From assembly GCF_009914755.1 (NCBI RefSeq), contig NC_060947.1: 64,000 nt of DNA. One strand, given 5' to 3'. Position numbers and translations under genes: made by a program. Below are positions 57,101 to 64,000 of this stretch, in pieces (position 1 is the first letter of the stretch; each line of letters opens with the position of its first letter). The notes under the pieces were generated by a model. It saw only the letters and a program-made list of their open reading frames with translations, searched no databases and was not told the DNA's origin. The stretch comes from the human T2T-CHM13v2.0 reference genome, Homo sapiens.

Positions 57101-60100
57101 TCAAAACCACACAACTACATGGAAACTGAACACGCTGCTCCTGAATGACTACGGGGTAAATAACAAAATTAAGGCAGAAATAAATAAGTTCTTTGAAACC
57201 AATGAGAACAAAGAGACAACATACCAGAATCTCTGGGACACAGCTAAAGCAGTGTTAAGAGGGAAATTTATAGCACTCAATGCCCACAACAGAAAGCAGG
57301 AAAGATCTAAAATTGACACCCTAATATCACAATTAAAAGAACCAGATAAGCAAGAACAAAGAAATTCAAAAGCTAGCAGAGGCAAGAAATAGCTAAGATC
57401 AGAGCAGAACTGAAGGAGACAGAGACACAAAAAAAACCCTTCAAAAAATCAGTGAATCCAGGAGCTTGTTTTTTTGACAATATTAACAAAATAGGTGGCC
57501 CTCTAGCTAGACTAATAAAGAAGAAAAGAGAAAAGAATCAAATAGACACAATAAAAATGATAAAGGGGATATCACCACTGATCCCACAGAAAGACAAACT
57601 ACCATCAGAGAATACTATAAACACCTCTACGCAAATAAACTAGAAAATCTAGAAGAAATGGATAAATTCCTGGACACATATGCCCTCCCAGACTACACCA
57701 GGAAGAAGTTGAATTCCTGAATAGACCAATAACAAGTTATGAAATTGAGGCAGTAATTAATAGCCTACCAACCAAAAAAAGCCCAAGACCAGACACATTC
57801 ACAGCCGAATTCTACCAGAGATACAAAGAGGAACTGGTACCATTCCTTCTGAAACTATTCCAAACAATAGAAAAAGAGGGACTCCTCCCTAAAGCTTATT
57901 TTATGAGGCCAGCATCATCCTGATATCAAAACCTGACAGAGACACAACAAAAAAGAAAATTTCTGGCCAATATCCCTGATGAGCACTGTTGTGAAAATCT
58001 TCAATAAAATACTGGCAAACCGAATCCAACACATCAAAAAGCAGCACATCAAAAAGCTTATCCACCACAATCAAGTCGGCTTCAACCCTGGGATGCAAGG
58101 CTGGTTTAAACATATGCAAATCAATACACGTAATCCATCACATAAACAGAACCAATGACAAAAACCACATGATTATCTCAATAGATGCAGAAAAGGCCTT
58201 TGATAAAATTCAACATCCCTTCATGCTAAAAACTCTCAATAAACTAGGTATTGATGGAACGTATCTCAAAATAATAACAGCTATTTATGACAAACACACA
58301 GCCAATATCATACTGAATGGGAAAAAACTGGAAGCATTCCCTTTGAAAACCGGCACAAGACAAGGATGCCCTCTCACCACTCCTATTCAACATAGTGTTG
58401 GAAGTTCTGGCCAGGGCAATCAGGTAAGAGAAAGATATAAAGCGTATTGAAATAGGAAGAGAGGGAGTCAAATTGTCTGTTTGCAGATGACATGATTGTA
58501 TATTTAGAAAACTCCATCGTCTCAGCCCCAAAACTCCTTCAGCTGATAAGCAATTTTAGCAGTCTCAGGATACAAAAATTAAAGTGCAAAAATCACAAGC
58601 ATTCCTGTTCACCAACAATAGACAAGCAGAGAACTAAATCATGAGTGAACTCCCATTCACAATTGCTACAAAGAGAATAACATACCTAGGAATTCAACTT
58701 ACAAGGGACGTGAAGGACCTTTTCAAGGAGAACTACAAACCACTGCTCAAGGTAATAAGAGAGGACATAAACAAATGGAAAAACATCCCATGCTTATAGA
58801 TAGAAAGAGTCAATATTGTGAAAATGGCCATACTGCCCAAAGTAATTTTTAGATTCAATGCTATTCCAATCAAGCTACCAGTAACTTTCTTTGCAGAATT
58901 AGAAAAAAACTACTTTAAATTTCATATGGAACCAAAAAAGAGCCTGTATACCCAAGACAATTCTAAGCAAAAAGAACAAAGCTGGAAGCATCACACTACC
59001 TGACTTCAAACTATACTACAAGGCTACAGTAACCAAAACAGCATAGTACTGGTATCAAAACAGATATATCGACCAATGGAACAGAACAGAGGCCTCAGAA
59101 ATGACACCACCCATCTATAACTATCTGATCTTCAACAAACCTGACAAAAACAAGCAATGGGAAAAGGATTCCCTATTTAATAAATGGTGCTGGGAAAACT
59201 GGCTAGCCATATGCAGAAAACAGAAACTGGATCCCTTCCTTATCCCTTATACAAAAATTAACACAAGATAGATTAAAGACTTAAACATAAAACCCAAAAC
59301 CATAAAAACCCTAGAAGAAAACTTAGGCAATACCATTCAGGACATAGTCATGAGCAAAGACTTCATGACTAAAACACCAAAAGCAATTGGAACAAAAGCC
59401 AAAATTGACAAATGGGATCTAATTAAAGAGCTTTTGCACAGCAAAAGAAACTATCATCAGAGTGAACAGACAACCTACAGAATGGGAGAAAATTTTTGCA
59501 AGCTACCCACCTGACAAAGGTCTAATATCCAGAAGCTACAAGGAACTTAAACAAACTTACAAGAAAAAAATCAACAACCCCATCAAAAAGTGGGCAAGGG
59601 ATATGAACAGACAATTCTCAAAAGAAGACATTTATGTGGCCAACAAACATATGAAAAAAAGCTCATCATCACTGGTCATTAGAGAAATGCAAATCAAAAC
59701 CACAATGAGATACCATCTCACGCCAGTTAGAATGGCGATTATTAAAAAGTCAGGAAACAACAGATTCTGGCGAGGCTGTGGAGAAATAGGAACACTTTTA
59801 CACTGTTGTTGGGAGTGTAAACTAGTTCAGCCATTGTGGAAGATAGTGTGGCGATTCCTCAAGGATCTAGAACCAGAAATACCATTTGACCCAGCAATCC
59901 CATTACTAGGTATATACCCAAAGGATTGTAAATCATTCTACTATAAAGACACATGCACATGTATGTTTATTGCAGCACTGTTCACTATAGCAAAGACTTG
60001 GAACCAACCCAAATGCCCATCAATGATAGACTGGATAAAGAAAATGTGGCACATATATACCATGGAATACTAGGCAGCCATAAAAAAGGATGAGTTCATG

Positions 60101-60509
60101 TCCTTTGCAGGGACATGGATGAAGCTGGAAACCATCATTCTCAGCAAACTAACACAGGAACAGAAAGTCAAACACTGCATGCTCTCACTCATAAGTGGGA
60201 GTTGAACAATGAGAACACATGGACACAGGGACGGGAACATCACACACTGGGGCCTGTTGAGGGTTGGGGGGCAAGGGGAGGGACAGCATTAGGACAAATA
60301 CCTAATGCATATGGGCCTTAAAACCTAGATGACGGGTTGATAGGTGCAGAAAACCACCATGGCACATTTATGCCTATGTAACAAACCTGCAGGTTCTGCA
60401 CATGCATCCCAGAACTTAAAGTAAAATAAATAAATAAAAAAGCATACCAACAAAATTCTAAACAATTAAATGCCTAATCCAGAAATGCTTAATAAAGTTG
60501 GAAGCATAA

Positions 60510-61003
<494 letters not shown>

Positions 61004-62734
61004 TCATCCAGAGAGAAAATCTGGATTGCAAGTCATGACTGTCTAACATTTGAAAACTTGTGAAACATATATTTTTTTTTAATTTGAGTTTGAAAATCTG
61101 ATGTGGGCACCAGAGTCATGACGGTAACCAGATTTCCAGGGTAAACAGCTAGTAGATATGATTGGACACCTGTCTTTCAGTTAGAGCCTAGAAGTCTGTT
61201 GGTGTCCTGGCTGTAATAAGACTGTATCTGAAAGCCTGTAAAAGTTTCAGAAAGGTGAAGTAGAGTAAAAGATTTGCAGGGATTTTTGTCAGTGTTTCTT
61301 TTGTTTAAGTAAATTCCTTGGGTTGGGAATCATAAATCCCATGAGTAAACGGAAGAGAAACCAATGGCCCACAGCAGTATGTCATGTGTCTGAAGAATGG
61401 TGAATATTCTGATTTTTAAAAATCATTAGGATGGGAATTTTTATTTTTCCCTACAGTGAATTTTACATATGTATTTGTCTCTGCCTCTGCTTTTGTCCCC
61501 TGGCTAGAGACAATTCTCTGTGTGTATTTAAATGAGAAAAGCCTTTACTCCCTCCTCATAGAGGAAAAGAAATTAGTCATGAAGGATAATCTACTTGTAA
61601 TTGTAACCCTTTGTCTGTATCTGGCTTTTGAGGAAAGCATTTTTGGAGATTAACTTATCATAGGAATCTATCATTTGTGAACACTAGAGATATCCAACCC
61701 AAAGAGATCTACCGTCAAGGTTGGAGAAACATATAGACTTGAAATAGATTCTGCATTGTTTAGAGAGCAGAGAATTTTGACTTCTATAGAATTTACTTGG
61801 CTTGTATAACAATAATATGAATGTATTTTATGTGTATTTAAAACCTTGAACTGCACATAAAATAGGAATACAATAGCATATAACAAAATATAGAAAATAG
61901 AGAAAAAACATTTTTTAAAACTTCACCCATAAACTCCTGCTTGGGCAATCTCTAGCTTGTCAAAGAGTTTATATGATTCTTCTACTGTATGAATGTGAAG
62001 TATTTTCTAAGAAAGTACTTTAGAACACTTCTACCTACATCCAGAGGGAATTAATAAATTTGATTATGAGGCCTTAAATTTAAGAGATTTTGTTCTGTTT
62101 AGCTTATTGAGACTAACAAGTACTTACATAAACCTGAAAGAAAAAAACTCAAGAATTCCCATACAAAGAAGAAATTGGACTTCTGATGCTTTAAATGTAC
62201 TGGCCCTTTAAGAAAAACTTCTTCACACACAGAAACTGCCAATTCAGAAACTGAAAAGCTGAAGTAGTCAAATGGTTGGAGGCTAGGTTCCAAAGAAAGA
62301 AATGAAAATGAGATATCAAGCTAGCAATTAGTAATCATAAAAAGGCACTATTCAAAACTTCTGCGAAGCATTTTAAATATTTTTAAATAAATGTAAAAGA
62401 ATATATGGTTTCAAGTTCATCTAATATTCCTAATCAAGATGAATCCTCCCACAAATCAGAGTGATTTGATAAATTTGGTTTTAAAAAAAGCTAAACGTCT
62501 TCTCCCAGATTTTATGACAGTAAGGAATATAATGCAAGTGCACGAGTTTAACAATTTTTAATTAAAATGAAGAGATACAGAAAAAGTGAAAAAAATTTGT
62601 CACCAAGAGACATTTATTTTTAGATGTCTTTTTCATTACATAAATGTATTTGTTCTTCATAGCACTTAGATTACAAGGAAAAATCCAAGCAATAAAAAGG
62701 CGTATGCTGGTAAGACTAATTTTAAAAGCTGTTT

Positions 62735-63160
62735 ATGGGCAATCATGATGTCTGCATACAGAGAAATTTAATTTCTTCCTTTTTGATCTGTATGTTTTAT
62801 TTCCATTTCTTGCCTATTGCACTACCGAGACCTTCCAGCCTTATGCTGAATAAGAGTAGTGAGAGCAGACATTCTTGCTTTATTCCCAGTCTTAGCTGTA
62901 AAGTATTCAGTCTTTCGCTGCTAAGTATAAAGTTAGCTATACGTTTTTTGTAGGTGCTCTTCAGCAAGTGGAGGAATTGCTCCTCAAATCCCTTTTATTA
63001 CTTTTTGAGCAGTTTTATTACAAATGAGGGTTGAATGTTGTAAAATGCTTTCCCTGCATCAATTGATGTCATCGTGATAGTTATTCTATTTAGCTTGTTA
63101 ATTTGGATAATTGCACTATCGATTTTGAAATATTAAAACAGCCTTGCATCCCTGGAATAA
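62735..63160 (-). mobile_element. Old L1M ORF2 fragment
   Basis: ATGCTGAATAAGAGTAGTGAGAGCAGACATTCTTGC, antisense to the RT region. Confidence 0.75.
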
Positions 63161-63884
63161 AATAAACAAAAACTAGTGTTTAAAGCCTTAAATAATGTTA
63201 TCTGACATTTAGTATATGTGTTTGCATTTAAATATGTATATATTGAAGTCTGTTAAAATGACATGATTGATTTTAAAAGCAGAAGCTTATGTATAGTAGG
63301 GGACTGGTAACTCAGAAAGAAAAGTGGTCTTTGAATTTATGGTTTGTTCTCAACTGTGAGGGTGTAAAATGTTACTATTTACTTTCTGCATGTTCTACTC
63401 AAATGGCAAAATCTGTTTTTCTCACCCTACCCAAATACAATCTCTCAAAAAGTTCTGTTAACTTTCTCGGTTTTGCATTAATTTTGCATACTTTAGATTT
63501 AAAACTGCGAACTAGTCCAGTTAATTAAACAATTATAATAAAACAATAGAACAATAAGGGCTTCTACAGCTATAAAGTAGCCAAAATAATTATTCTTTAT
63601 GTTATTTTTCCTGTTATTACAAAGTATCATTTTCCTGATTAGTAACATAGATAAAGCTGCAGCATTTTCTTTCTGGGGAATCTGTGTTATTGACTGAAAA
63701 TTCTCGTCAATGCTGTCCTTCTCTGAGATGGAGCACAAATTTAGAGATCCAATGTAATAACATCATCAAGATTTTTTAATACCCAAATTATTGTTGGCAC
63801 TTCCTATGACTACTAGGTATCTCCCCAAAGACCTGCTTCTTCATTTTGTAACCAATTGCAAGAGGGATGCTAGAAATAATTAAG

Positions 63885-64000
63885 TATATTTGATTTCCTT
63901 TAAATTTTTCAGCCATTATATTTTCAAATATTTTTTCTGCCCCTTATTCTCCCTTCTGGGGTATCTGTTACACATATATTGGACTGCTTTTCTCTTCATT
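63885..64000 (-). mobile_element. Old L1M ORF1 fragment
   Basis: TTTTCAGCCATTAT...TTCAAATATTTTTTCTGCCCC. Confidence 0.55.

Noticed and set aside
58029-58056. Short tandem duplication CACATCAAAAAGC in L1 ORF2
   Set aside because: Ordinary slippage mutation in a dead element.

Overview
Primate (almost certainly human) intergenic DNA made up mostly of interspersed repeats. It contains LINE-1 copies of many ages, Alus, MaLR/ERVL LTRs, a HERV-L pol-dUTPase remnant with an MLT2A LTR, hAT/mariner fossils, and two processed pseudogenes: a full-length TUBB4A retrocopy at 42.0-44.3 kb and an old NDUFA4 retrocopy at 38.7-39.2 kb. I can support no intact protein-coding or RNA gene; almost all ORFs in the track are decayed L1, Alu, ERV or pseudogene frames. 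I found no evidence of a new enzymatic system. The interesting signal is in genome dynamics: (1) a five-layer nested insertion stack with recoverable TSDs, topped by a very young L1HS-Ta insertion; (2) a complex inversion/duplication centred on a TSD-less L1PA insertion (15.98-18.11 kb); (3) a 170-bp unique-sequence duplication captured inside an Alu; (4) shared non-consensus substitutions between neighbouring L1s, suggesting ectopic gene conversion; (5) a micro-inversion in an Alu, a fold-back-derived minisatellite in an LTR, and a 258-bp polypurine/GAA tract. Subfamily names come from remembered diagnostic sequences and need RepeatMasker/Dfam confirmation.
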